A DNA stretch of 27,974 nt, from assembly GCA_051746405.1 (NCBI GenBank), contig JBNJFB010000029.1:1-27974 (forward strand). Direction: 5' to 3'. Within the stretch, counting starts at the first letter, position 1; each line of letters opens with the position of its first letter. Both the position numbers and the translations under genes were made by a program. The notes under the pieces were generated by a model. It ran no database searches, was not told the DNA's origin, and saw only the letters and a program-made list of their open reading frames with translations. Source of the stretch: Campylobacterota bacterium. GTDB lineage: Bacteria > Campylobacterota > Campylobacteria > Campylobacterales > Arcobacteraceae. Below are positions 1 through 8,991 of the stretch, in pieces.

Positions 1-1
1 T

Positions 2-127
2 GTTTATCCATTTGAGTCTTGTGATGGTTCTAAGGGGTATATGTCTTGTAGAAGAAAAGCTAGTGCTAAAGAGATATCTGAAGCAGAAAATCTTTATGCG
101 CAGTGGAATAAGCAAGAGGGGAAGTAA
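2..127 (+). CDS. C-terminal fragment of a PAS-domain protein (Aer/CetB-like), 5'-truncated by the window edge
   Basis: Frame 2 reads VYPFESCDGSKGYMSCRRKASAKEISEAENLYAQWNKQEGK* (TAA 125-127). GYxSxRR...I..AE.LY resembles the PAC end of Aer/CetB-type PAS domains. Confidence 0.65.
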   Translation, partial: VYPFESCDGSKGYMSCRRKASAKEISEAENLYAQWNKQEGK

Positions 128-133
128 TGAACT

Positions 134-1600
134 ATGCAAAAACACTTTAATTCAAATATTGAGATATCAGTAATAGATAATTCTGATTTGATAAGAGAAG
201 AGATAAAATATAGTAATGACTTACTAAAACAATATAAGCAAACAGTTGATTTAGGTGCAATTGTATCAAAAACCAATAGTAGAGGTATTATTACTTATGT
301 TAATGAGAAGTTTGAAGAGATTTCAGGATATAAAAAAGAGGAGCTTATAGGAAAACCTCATAATATAGTAAGAGATGAAGATACACCAAGTGAGGTTTTT
401 ACACAGCTGTGGGATACTATAAAAAATAAGAAAAAACCATGGTTTGGAAAAATAAAAAATAGAAAAAAAGATGGCAGTGCTTACTATGTGGAAACAGTAA
501 TAAATCCTATTTTAGATAGTAATAATAGAGTAGTTGAGTATATTGGAATGAGAACTGACATAACTGAAGTAGAGCTTAGCAAACAGCATTTAAAGGAGCA
601 ATACTCTATAACTTCAAGTAAGTATGAAGATGTGGTGTCTTTATCTAAAAACTATGAAGATGCTATAAATAGAAGTAGTATCATAATAAGAGTTTCAGCA
701 AATAGAAAAATAAACTTTGTAAATGAAGGTTTTTGTAAGCTTACAGGATATAGTAAAGAAGAGCTTGAGGGAAAAGACTACTCTATGCTAAAACATCCTG
801 ATATAACTCAAGAGCAAGTAGATGAGATATTTGAAGTGGCACAGAAAAAAGGTATTTGGAAAGGTGAGTTTAAAAATCTAACAAAAGATAATAAAACTGT
901 ATATTTTATATCCACAGTAATTCCTATAAAAGATAAGAGAAATAATATAATAGAGTACATGGGTGTTAGATTAGATATAACAAAAATAATAGAGCTTCAT
1001 AATGAGTTAGATACTACTCAAAAAGAGACCATATATAAAATGGGTGAAATTGCTGAGTCTCGTTCTAAAGAGACAGGTCATCATGTAAAAAGGGTTGCAA
1101 AGTATTCAAAACTACTTGCACTAAAAGCAGGACTTAGTAAACAAGAGGCTGAACTATTAGAGTTCGCAAGTCCTATGCATGATGTGGGAAAAGTGGCAAT
1201 AGAAGATTCAATATTAAACAAACCAGGAAAACTTACAAAAGAAGAGTTTGAAAATATGAAAAATCATACTACTATTGGTTATGAGTTGCTTAATAGTTCA
1301 AGTAGGGATACCCTAAAAGCTGCATCAATTGTAGCATATGAGCATCATGAAAAATGGGATGGTACAGGCTATCCAAGAGGTTTAAAGGGTGAAGATATAC
1401 ATATTTATGGAAGAATAACAGCTATTTGTGATGTATTTGATGCATTAGGTAGTGAAAGACCATATAAAAAAGCGTGGGAGTTAGATAGGATTTTGAATCT
1501 TTTTAAAGAACAAACAGGAAAACACTTTGACCCAAGATTGATTAAGTTATTTTTTGATAATATACATGAGTTTCTCAAAATAAGAGATAAATATAATTAA
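134..1600 (+). CDS. PAS-PAS-HD-GYP cyclic di-GMP phosphodiesterase
   Basis: Two PAS/PAC repeats (ITYVNEKFEEISGYKKEELIGKPHNIVR; INFVNEGFCKLTGYSKEELEG). C-terminal HD-GYP motifs: ETGHHVKRV, HDVGK, HHEKWDGTGYP, DVFDAL, RPYK. Confidence 0.92.
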   Translation: MQKHFNSNIEISVIDNSDLIREEIKYSNDLLKQYKQTVDLGAIVSKTNSRGIITYVNEKFEEISGYKKEELIGKPHNIVRDEDTPSEVFTQLWDTIKNKKKPWFGKIKNRKKDGSAYYVETVINPILDSNNRVVEYIGMRTDITEVELSKQHLKEQYSITSSKYEDVVSLSKNYEDAINRSSIIIRVSANRKINFVNEGFCKLTGYSKEELEGKDYSMLKHPDITQEQVDEIFEVAQKKGIWKGEFKNLTKDNKTVYFISTVIPIKDKRNNIIEYMGVRLDITKIIELHNELDTTQKETIYKMGEIAESRSKETGHHVKRVAKYSKLLALKAGLSKQEAELLEFASPMHDVGKVAIEDSILNKPGKLTKEEFENMKNHTTIGYELLNSSSRDTLKAASIVAYEHHEKWDGTGYPRGLKGEDIHIYGRITAICDVFDALGSERPYKKAWELDRILNLFKEQTGKHFDPRLIKLFFDNIHEFLKIRDKYN

Positions 1601-1618
1601 TAATAATAAAAGGGTAAA

Positions 1619-3544
1619 ATGATGATGAATAACTTGACTACTAAAAGTAAATTAATGCTGTTTCCAGTTTTTTATGTAATAGTAATTATAATAGCTGGTT
1701 TTACATTCTATTTTTTTCAAGGTAAAACAACTTTTAATACTGAAAAATCTGTTGAAGCTGAAAAGATTATACAAAACTTATTAGAATCAAGAATCAATGT
1801 TTATCAATTTTTATTAGAACCAAACACTTCAAATAAAAACATGGTTGAAGATAGTTTTCTAAGTACAATTGACAAAATAGATAGTTTAAAAAATGGCTTT
1901 GACAAAAAAAATACTCAAACTGCAAATAGAGTTGTTGAGGGAATAAATAATTATTTAGAGTCATTTAGACAACTGGCTAATATTAAGATTAATAAAACTA
2001 ACTCAAATAATCTATCTTTGCTTGTGGAGCAAATGGCAAAAGATGGTGAAAAGATTGCTGATAATATTGAAAAGATAAATGTTAGTTTAACTGAAAAAAA
2101 GTATGACTCTATAAGTACTTTAACAATAGCACTTGAAATAATTGCAGTAATATCAACTATACTTTTTGTACTATTCTCAACTGTAATATCATCTTTTATT
2201 CTTAAATCACTAAATAACTTCCAATCTAGTTTAAGCTCATTTTTCTCTTACTTAAATAGAGAGACAAACAAGGTTGAAAAACTTGATGATAGTGGAAAAA
2301 ATGAATTCTCTCAAATGGCTAAAGAGGTAAATAAAAGTATATCAAAAATAGAGCAGGGTGTACAAAAAGATAATGAAGCTGTAAAAGAGGCTCTAAGTAT
2401 TGTAGAAAGAATCAATAAAGGTCACTTAAATGTTAAGTTATCAACTATTCCAAATAATCCTCAACTAATAGAGTTAAGTGATGCTTTAAATAGTATGATA
2501 GTAAATATTAGAGGGCACATAAATACTATCTCTTCTTTATTAAAGGAGTTTAGTAACTATAAGTTTGTAAACAAAATAGATAACTCTAACTTAGATGGCG
2601 AAATGAAACAGTTTATTGATGATGTTAACTTTTTGACTGATGAGATATCAGGACTGCTTAAACAGTCACTCTCAATAGGTATGACACTAGACGTGGCATC
2701 GGATAAATTAATTGTAAATGTTGATAAATTAAATACTAGTTCTAATGATGCTGCATCATCACTAGAAGAGACAGCAGCTGCTTTAGAAGAGATAACTAGT
2801 ACTATAGTAAACAATTCAGAGAAGATTACAAAAATGAGTGATTATTCAAATCGTTTATCAACTTCTGCAAATGAGGGTAAAACTCTTGCAAATAAAACAA
2901 CTGATGCAATGAATGAGATTAATGAGCAGGTTATTACAATAAATGAATCAATAAGTGTAATTGATAATATTGCTTTCCAAACTAATATTTTAAGCCTAAA
3001 TGCAGCAGTTGAAGCAGCAACAGCAGGTGAAGCTGGAAAAGGTTTTGCAGTGGTAGCCCAAGAGGTTAGAAATCTAGCAAACAGAAGTGCAGAGGCTGCA
3101 AGTGAGATTAAAAGGATTGTTGAGAATGCAACTTTAAAAGCAAGTGAGGGTAAAAGTATAAGTAGTAGCATGATAAAAGGTTATGATGAAGTAATTGAAA
3201 ACATAGATAAATCTACAAGTTTAATAGCAGAGATATCTAGTGCAAGTAAAGAGCAAGAATCAGGAATTACTCAAATAAATGATGCAGTTACTCAACTTGA
3301 TAGACAGACACAACAAAATGCATCAGTTGCAAGTGAAACACATGATATTGCAGTTGAAGCAGATACAATAGCAAAAGATATTGTATCAGATGCTAACTCA
3401 AAAGAGTTTATTGGTAAAGATAGTGTAAAAGCTTCAAATAAACACAGTCAAAAAGTAAAAGATGTAAAAGAAGAAAAACCTGTAAAAGAGAAAAAAATAG
3501 TACAAAATAACAATATTGAGAATGATGAATGGGAAGATTTTTAA
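1619..3544 (+). CDS. Methyl-accepting chemotaxis protein
   Basis: Two TM helices flank a helical periplasmic domain. Signalling hairpin [37 protein letters not shown], methylation helix [15 protein letters not shown]-terminal EWEDF. Confidence 0.95.
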   Translation: MMMNNLTTKSKLMLFPVFYVIVIIIAGFTFYFFQGKTTFNTEKSVEAEKIIQNLLESRINVYQFLLEPNTSNKNMVEDSFLSTIDKIDSLKNGFDKKNTQTANRVVEGINNYLESFRQLANIKINKTNSNNLSLLVEQMAKDGEKIADNIEKINVSLTEKKYDSISTLTIALEIIAVISTILFVLFSTVISSFILKSLNNFQSSLSSFFSYLNRETNKVEKLDDSGKNEFSQMAKEVNKSISKIEQGVQKDNEAVKEALSIVERINKGHLNVKLSTIPNNPQLIELSDALNSMIVNIRGHINTISSLLKEFSNYKFVNKIDNSNLDGEMKQFIDDVNFLTDEISGLLKQSLSIGMTLDVASDKLIVNVDKLNTSSNDAASSLEETAAALEEITSTIVNNSEKITKMSDYSNRLSTSANEGKTLANKTTDAMNEINEQVITINESISVIDNIAFQTNILSLNAAVEAATAGEAGKGFAVVAQEVRNLANRSAEAASEIKRIVENATLKASEGKSISSSMIKGYDEVIENIDKSTSLIAEISSASKEQESGITQINDAVTQLDRQTQQNASVASETHDIAVEADTIAKDIVSDANSKEFIGKDSVKASNKHSQKVKDVKEEKPVKEKKIVQNNNIENDEWEDF

Positions 3545-3639
3545 TATAGTATAAATTTAACTAAAAATCCTATTTATCTATTTTACTTATAATACTAAAT
3601 TAGATAGTATATAACAAATAAAAGTAGGTAGGATTTTAG

Positions 3640-5481
3640 ATGAATTCAAAACAAAAAGTTATATTGTCACTTACACTTATTCTTTTAGTTTATTTTATTG
3701 CCATGGGTATTAGTACAGTAAAAAACTTTAGGGATTATGGTTTAGACACAGCAGAAAAAAAAGCAAAACTAACTGCTGAAGTTGTAAAGTCAGGACTAAC
3801 AGCTCATATGATAAATGGTATTATGAGTGAAAGGGAGTATTTCCTAAGGGAGATTGAGCAAGTTGAAAATATAAATCAACTTTGGTTATCAAGGTCACCA
3901 TCTGTTATAAAGCAGTATGGGGAAGGCTTTAATAATGAAATTCCAAGGGATGATATAGACAAGGAAGTTTTAAAAACTGGTAAAAAAGTATCAAAGGTAA
4001 CAGAAACAGCTAGTAGAAGTTTATTAAGAGTTACTATTCCTTATGAAGCTTCTTCTTATGGCAATCCAAACTGTATGTCTTGTCATAATGCAAAAGAGGG
4101 TGAAGTACTAGGTTCTATTACTATGGTAATGGATATAACAGATATAAGAAGTGGTAGCTTAAAGACCTTAGGTTATAATATTGGGTTTACTCTTGTTTTA
4201 ATTATATTGATTTTCTTACTTATTAGTAGATTTATTAAACCTTATGTAAGTATTTTTTACTCTATTCAAGATGTTATGAAAGCTGCGTATAGAGGTGATT
4301 ATTCTCAAAGAGTTGAGAGCTTTAGCAATACAGAGAGTAAAAGTGTTGCTAAGCTTTTAAATACTTTGCTTGAAAAGCTTCAATATACTTTAGAAGAGCT
4401 TGATAGAAAAGTATATGTTTTCATAAAAAATAAAAACTATGTAAAAGAGACTGATCCTTTAAAAAATGTAAATAGTACAATTGATAGATTATCAGATATT
4501 TACAAGTTTAAACAAACAATTGAAAATGATAAAGAGCTACAAGATATCTACAATAGACTAGCTTATGTATTAGAAAAACGTTTTGAACTTGATGATTTCA
4601 CTTTAGTAGAGATTGATAATGGAACAGGGGATAAAAAAATTGTTTATACCATGCAAGGGTGTCATTGTGATATTTTAAATGATGAGTGTAGAGCTAATAG
4701 AATAAGTGCAAGTGTTGATTCAAGTGTATTTAGTAAATCTTGCAGTTTATATCATGATAAAAAGAATGAAGAGTATATTTGTACCCCATATGTTATATCT
4801 ACAGAGTTAACTCTTATTTTGACAATAGTTACTAAAACAAAAGAGGAGACAACTAGAGTTAGAGGTATCATGAGTGATATTGAAGACTATGTTACAACAG
4901 CAAGACCTGCAATAGTTAGTAAGAAATTGATGCAAATGCTAAATCTAATGGCAAGAGTTGATCAATTAACAGGTATGTATAATAGAAAATTCTTAGATGA
5001 GTTTGTAGATGTATCTGTGCCACAAGCTAAAAGAGCTAAAACTAGCTATGCTTTACTTATGATTGATATTGACTACTTTAAGATGATTAATGATACTTAT
5101 GGTCATGATATTGGCGATGATGCTATTAGAGTTGTTTCAAGAGTTATAAAAGATAGTATAAGAAAAGCAGATATAGCTATAAGATATGGTGGAGAAGAGT
5201 TCTTAGTTTTACTTTACAATTGTGATGAGGAAAATATATTAAAAATTGCAAATAATATAAGAAGAAATTTTGCAAAAGAAGTAATCTCAGCAGATAATGA
5301 GTCATTTTCAAAAACACTTAGTGTTGGTTGTTCTGTATTTCCAACTGACAGTGATAGTATATGGAAGTGTATTAAGTTTGCTGATATGTCGCTATATGAA
5401 GCAAAACAGACAGGTAGAAACAAAGTAGTTAAGTTCTCAAAAGAGTTATTAGAAAAAGACGGAATTGGCGAAAGCTTTTAG
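3640..5481 (+). CDS. Membrane diguanylate cyclase with periplasmic c-type heme (CxxCH) sensor domain
   Basis: TM - periplasmic domain with CMSCH (4072-4086) - TM - HAMP-like segment - Cys-rich region - GGDEF (DQLTGMYNR, DIDYFKMINDTYGHDIGD, RKAD I-site, GGEEF). Confidence 0.9.
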   Translation: MNSKQKVILSLTLILLVYFIAMGISTVKNFRDYGLDTAEKKAKLTAEVVKSGLTAHMINGIMSEREYFLREIEQVENINQLWLSRSPSVIKQYGEGFNNEIPRDDIDKEVLKTGKKVSKVTETASRSLLRVTIPYEASSYGNPNCMSCHNAKEGEVLGSITMVMDITDIRSGSLKTLGYNIGFTLVLIILIFLLISRFIKPYVSIFYSIQDVMKAAYRGDYSQRVESFSNTESKSVAKLLNTLLEKLQYTLEELDRKVYVFIKNKNYVKETDPLKNVNSTIDRLSDIYKFKQTIENDKELQDIYNRLAYVLEKRFELDDFTLVEIDNGTGDKKIVYTMQGCHCDILNDECRANRISASVDSSVFSKSCSLYHDKKNEEYICTPYVISTELTLILTIVTKTKEETTRVRGIMSDIEDYVTTARPAIVSKKLMQMLNLMARVDQLTGMYNRKFLDEFVDVSVPQAKRAKTSYALLMIDIDYFKMINDTYGHDIGDDAIRVVSRVIKDSIRKADIAIRYGGEEFLVLLYNCDEENILKIANNIRRNFAKEVISADNESFSKTLSVGCSVFPTDSDSIWKCIKFADMSLYEAKQTGRNKVVKFSKELLEKDGIGESF

Positions 5482-5517
5482 TTTATAAGCTTATAATAAA
5501 TCTAAAGTCACTCAAAA

Positions 5518-5552
5518 ACACAAACTGTAAACATTTTGTTATCAGTTTGTGT
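5518..5552 (+). terminator. Inverted repeat downstream of the DGC gene (possible terminator or protein-binding site)
   Basis: ACACAAACTG (5518-5527) and CAGTTTGTGT (5543-5552) are a perfect 10-bp inverted repeat. No clear U-tract follows. Confidence 0.45.
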
Positions 5553-5727
5553 CTATTATACAAAAACCCCAAAAAATATACTATAATATAACTATTGGTA
5601 ATAAGCGACTAATATTTTTTTATAAATTAAAATAAACTTAAATATTACGTATGATTTCTATAAATCTATAAGGTTTATGACCATTTTGTATAACTTTAAG
5701 AATATCTTAAGTTCAGTATTGTTATAA

Positions 5728-5771
5728 ATTTACATACTTTATGTAAAATATTTACATTTAGGGTGTAAAAT
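5728..5771 (+). promoter_or_regulatory. Tandem palindromic operator-like array in the ectA promoter
   Basis: Two adjacent 22-bp units ATTTACAT-N6-TGTAAAAT (5728-5749, 5750-5771). Each contains TTTACA-N7-TGTAAA and a TAAAAT -10-like hexamer. The array ends 34 nt before the ectA start. Confidence 0.6.
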
Positions 5772-5805
5772 TTTTCATCCGTCATAAAGTCTGAAAGGAA
5801 GATTT

Positions 5806-6294
5806 TTGAAAAAAGATGACATTAAAATAAGAAAGCCACAAAAACAAGATGGCAAAAGAATACATAAATTAGTAGAAAGTACAAAGGTTTTAGATGTAAA
5901 TTCTGAATATTTATATTTACTTCAATCTACACACTTTCAAGATATTTGTTCAGTTGCTACATACGAAGATGAAGTTATTGGTTTTGTTTCTGGATATATG
6001 ATTCCAAACGAACCAAATACACTTTTTATCTGGCAAGTAGCAGTTGATGATAGATTTAGAGGAAATGACCTTGCAAGAAGATTGATTATGCATATTGTGC
6101 AAAGAGAAGAGTTAGGTATTAATCACCTACACACAACTGTTTCTCCAAGTAACAATGCATCAATTAGAGTATTTGAAAAGGTTGCAAGTCATTTTGATAC
6201 AACTATGGATAGCTGTGAGTTTTTTACAACAAGTGATTTTAGAGATCAACATGAAGAAGAGGTTCTATATAAAATAGGACCATTTAAAAAATAA
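5806..6294 (+). CDS. ectA: L-2,4-diaminobutyrate acetyltransferase
   Basis: GNAT motifs LDVNSEYLYLL, GFVSGY, TLFIWQVAV, TTVSPSNNAS. First gene of the ect cluster. TTG start with AAGGA SD. Confidence 0.95.
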   Translation: MKKDDIKIRKPQKQDGKRIHKLVESTKVLDVNSEYLYLLQSTHFQDICSVATYEDEVIGFVSGYMIPNEPNTLFIWQVAVDDRFRGNDLARRLIMHIVQREELGINHLHTTVSPSNNASIRVFEKVASHFDTTMDSCEFFTTSDFRDQHEEEVLYKIGPFKK

Positions 6295-6311
6295 TTAAGG
6301 AAAAATATAAA

Positions 6312-7595
6312 ATGAGAATTTTTGAAAATTTAGAGTCTGAAGTTAGAGGTTATATTAGAAGTTTCCCAACGATATTTGAAACATCAAAGGGTGCAGTTTT
6401 AACTAATGAGCAAGGTGAGGACTTTATTGACTTTTTTGCAGGAGCTGGTACATTAAACTATGGACATAATAACGACCATATTAGTAAAGCATTAGTTGAG
6501 TATATCCAAAAAGATGGTGTTGTTCATGGTCTTGACATGGCAACTTCTGCTAAAAAGAGTTTTTTACAAACTTTCCAAGATACAATTTTAGTACCAAGAA
6601 ACTTGGACTATAAAATTCAATTTACAGGACCTACAGGTACAAATGCTGTTGAAACAGCACTAAAACTTGCAAGATTAGTAAAAGGTAGAAGTAATATCGT
6701 ATCTTTCACTAATGGATTCCATGGTTTAACTCAAGGTTCATCTTCTGTTACTGGAAACAATGATTATAGAGATGAGAGTTATATTAGTAGATCAAATGCT
6801 ACATTTATGCCATATGATGGTTATTTTGGTCCAGATATTAACACTATGACTTACTTTAGAAAGTTTTTAGAAGATAGTAGTAGTGGTTTAGATATTCCAG
6901 CTGCTGTTTTAGTTGAGACTATTCAAGGTGAGGGTGGAATTAATGTTGCATCAAAAGAGTGGTTACAAGAGCTTGAATCAATTTGTAGAGAGTACGATAT
7001 ATTATTAATTATTGATGATATTCAAGTTGGTAATGGTAGAAGCGGTGATTTCTTCTCATTTGAATTTGCAGGAATTAATCCTGATATTATTACTATGTCA
7101 AAATCTATTGGTGGTGGTTTACCAATGGCAATTGTGCTATTAAAGCCTGATTTAGACCAATGGAAGCCAGGAGAGCATACAGGTACATTTAGAGGTAATA
7201 ACTTAGCGTTTGTTGCTGCAACTGTTGCTATTGAACAGTACTGGCAAAATGATGACTTAGGTAATGCTGTTAAGTACAAAGAGAAGATTATTAAAGAAGA
7301 GCTTCAAAAAATTGCAGATAAATATAAAGATGATTTAGATGTTGAAGTTAGAGGTAGAGGTTTAGCTTATGCATTTGATATCAAAGGTGACACTTCTATG
7401 GCAGGTGAAATCTCTGGTTTTGCATTTGATGAAAAGCTTATTGTTGAAACTTGTGGTAGTGAAGATCAAATTGTTAAATTTTTACCACCATTAATTATCG
7501 ATGAGGAGACACTACTTGAGGGTCTTAAAAGATTTGAAAGAGCAGTTGATAGATTAGTAAAAGAGAAAAAAGAAAAGTTATCGGGAGAGTTTTAA
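6312..7595 (+). CDS. ectB: Diaminobutyrate--2-oxoglutarate transaminase
   Basis: FENLESEVRGYIRSFP, DFFAGAGTLNYGHN, QFTGPTGTNAVE, ETIQGEGG, DDIQVGNGR, PLP-lysine motif SKSIGG, WKPGEHTGTFRGNN. Confidence 0.97.
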   Translation: MRIFENLESEVRGYIRSFPTIFETSKGAVLTNEQGEDFIDFFAGAGTLNYGHNNDHISKALVEYIQKDGVVHGLDMATSAKKSFLQTFQDTILVPRNLDYKIQFTGPTGTNAVETALKLARLVKGRSNIVSFTNGFHGLTQGSSSVTGNNDYRDESYISRSNATFMPYDGYFGPDINTMTYFRKFLEDSSSGLDIPAAVLVETIQGEGGINVASKEWLQELESICREYDILLIIDDIQVGNGRSGDFFSFEFAGINPDIITMSKSIGGGLPMAIVLLKPDLDQWKPGEHTGTFRGNNLAFVAATVAIEQYWQNDDLGNAVKYKEKIIKEELQKIADKYKDDLDVEVRGRGLAYAFDIKGDTSMAGEISGFAFDEKLIVETCGSEDQIVKFLPPLIIDEETLLEGLKRFERAVDRLVKEKKEKLSGEF

Positions 7596-7599
7596 TAGT

Positions 7600-7995
7600 A
7601 TGGTAGTTAAAGATATAAATAAAGATATTATAGGTACAAAAAGAGAAGTTCACGCCCAGGGTGGACAGTGGATTAGTAGAAGAATGATTTTAAAAGATGA
7701 GGGTATGGGATTTTCATTCCATGAGACTATTATAAAAGCAGATACTAAAACACATATTCACTACCAAAATCACCTAGAAGCAGTTTACTGCGTTGCTGGA
7801 AATGGTAAAATCGAGGATTTAGCAACTGGTGAAATTCATGATATATATGATGGTGTAATGTATTCATTAAACAATCATGATGACCATAACCTTTATGGTG
7901 GAACTGAAGACATGAGACTAATTTGTGTGTTTAATCCTCCAATTAAAGGTACAGAGCACCACGATGAAAATGGAGTTTATCCTTTAGAGGATTAA
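7600..7995 (+). CDS. ectC: Ectoine synthase
   Basis: Cupin with WISRRMIL, GMGFSFHET, YQNHLEAVYC, CVFNPP, EHHDENGVY. Confidence 0.97.
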   Translation: MVVKDINKDIIGTKREVHAQGGQWISRRMILKDEGMGFSFHETIIKADTKTHIHYQNHLEAVYCVAGNGKIEDLATGEIHDIYDGVMYSLNNHDDHNLYGGTEDMRLICVFNPPIKGTEHHDENGVYPLED

Positions 7996-8000
7996 TCTAT

Positions 8001-8303
8001 ATGAAATTTGTATACATTAAAAACTATTTAAAGATACCAAAAGAAGAGAAGCTAAAGTTTTTTAAACTAGTTAGCAACTTTTCGGGACTTCGATTAAGAA
8101 ATCAAAAAGTAGTTTTAAGCGACAATTCATTGATATTAGAGTTATCTGATGACTCTAATATTGATGTTGCTGTGGACAAAATCAAAAAATACTTTAGTAA
8201 GTTAAGTGAAATAGAAGTTTGTGCACTAAAAGAGTTACTATTAGAGCAGGACTTATTAACTTTAGTTTTTGATGAAAATAATAAGAAAAGGATAAAGTTA
8301 TAA
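8001..8303 (+). CDS. Hypothetical soluble 100-aa protein inside the ect operon
   Basis: ATG ORF 5 nt after the ectC stop, with an AGAGGA SD in the ectC 3' end, and 3 nt before the next gene. No motif or TM helix recognised. Confidence 0.7.
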   Translation: MKFVYIKNYLKIPKEEKLKFFKLVSNFSGLRLRNQKVVLSDNSLILELSDDSNIDVAVDKIKKYFSKLSEIEVCALKELLLEQDLLTLVFDENNKKRIKL

Positions 8304-8306
8304 TTC

Positions 8307-8954
8307 ATGCGTTTATTATCATTAGATGTTAATATGAAACTAATTAATAAATTACATGAAGAAGAGTTTTATATATGTGACTGTGCAAGTGATATGGAAG
8401 ATGCCATATACCATTGTGAAGTCAGATATTACAATATGATAATTCTTAAAAGTAATTGTTACAATAGTTTAAAAAGAATATTAAGATACGTTAACCCCAG
8501 ATTAACAGCTGTAATAATTATAACTGATGTTAAAGAAGTGACTTTTGAAAAGAAGCTACTAAAAGCAGGTGCACTATCTATACTTAAAGAACCAATTTGT
8601 AATGATTTACTCTTAGCAAAACTTGAATCAATTCATAGGGAAAACTTTCAAAGTAAATTTATTTTTAAAGACAAATACGTAATTGACACATTAGAAAACT
8701 CACTAACTGACAGAGATAATAACAAACTTGTAATGAAAGGTAAGCCTTTTAGTATTTTAATGTATTTAATTAAAAATAGACATAGGTCATCAATCTCAAA
8801 AGATGAGATATTAGATGTAATTTGGGATGATCCTGAATGGGTTGTTCGTAATGTTGTAGAAGTAAATATAAATATTATAAGAAAAGGTATTAAAAACACT
8901 TTTCAGGATAATTTTATTAGTACTATAAGGCATAGGGGATATCAAGTAGTATAA
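8307..8954 (+). CDS. Atypical OmpR-family response regulator, HsrA(HP1043)/CosR-like paralogue with degenerate receiver
   Basis: wHTH KGKPFSILMYL...ISKDEILDVIWDDPEWVVRNVVEVNINIIRK...TIRHRGY parallels HsrA KGKPFEVL...VSKEQLLDAIWEEPEMVTPNVIEVAINQIRQK...TVRRRGY (recalled). The receiver shows no phospho-acceptor Asp. Confidence 0.85.
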   Translation: MRLLSLDVNMKLINKLHEEEFYICDCASDMEDAIYHCEVRYYNMIILKSNCYNSLKRILRYVNPRLTAVIIITDVKEVTFEKKLLKAGALSILKEPICNDLLLAKLESIHRENFQSKFIFKDKYVIDTLENSLTDRDNNKLVMKGKPFSILMYLIKNRHRSSISKDEILDVIWDDPEWVVRNVVEVNINIIRKGIKNTFQDNFISTIRHRGYQVV

Positions 8955-8991
8955 TCAATCAGAAACTAATCTTAATGAAAAGGAGAAAAAA

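Noticed and set aside
125..136. Upstream PAS gene is in frame with the HD-GYP gene (possible read-through or split gene)
   Set aside because: Two consecutive stops (TAA TGA) and a natural-looking C-terminus indicate separate genes.
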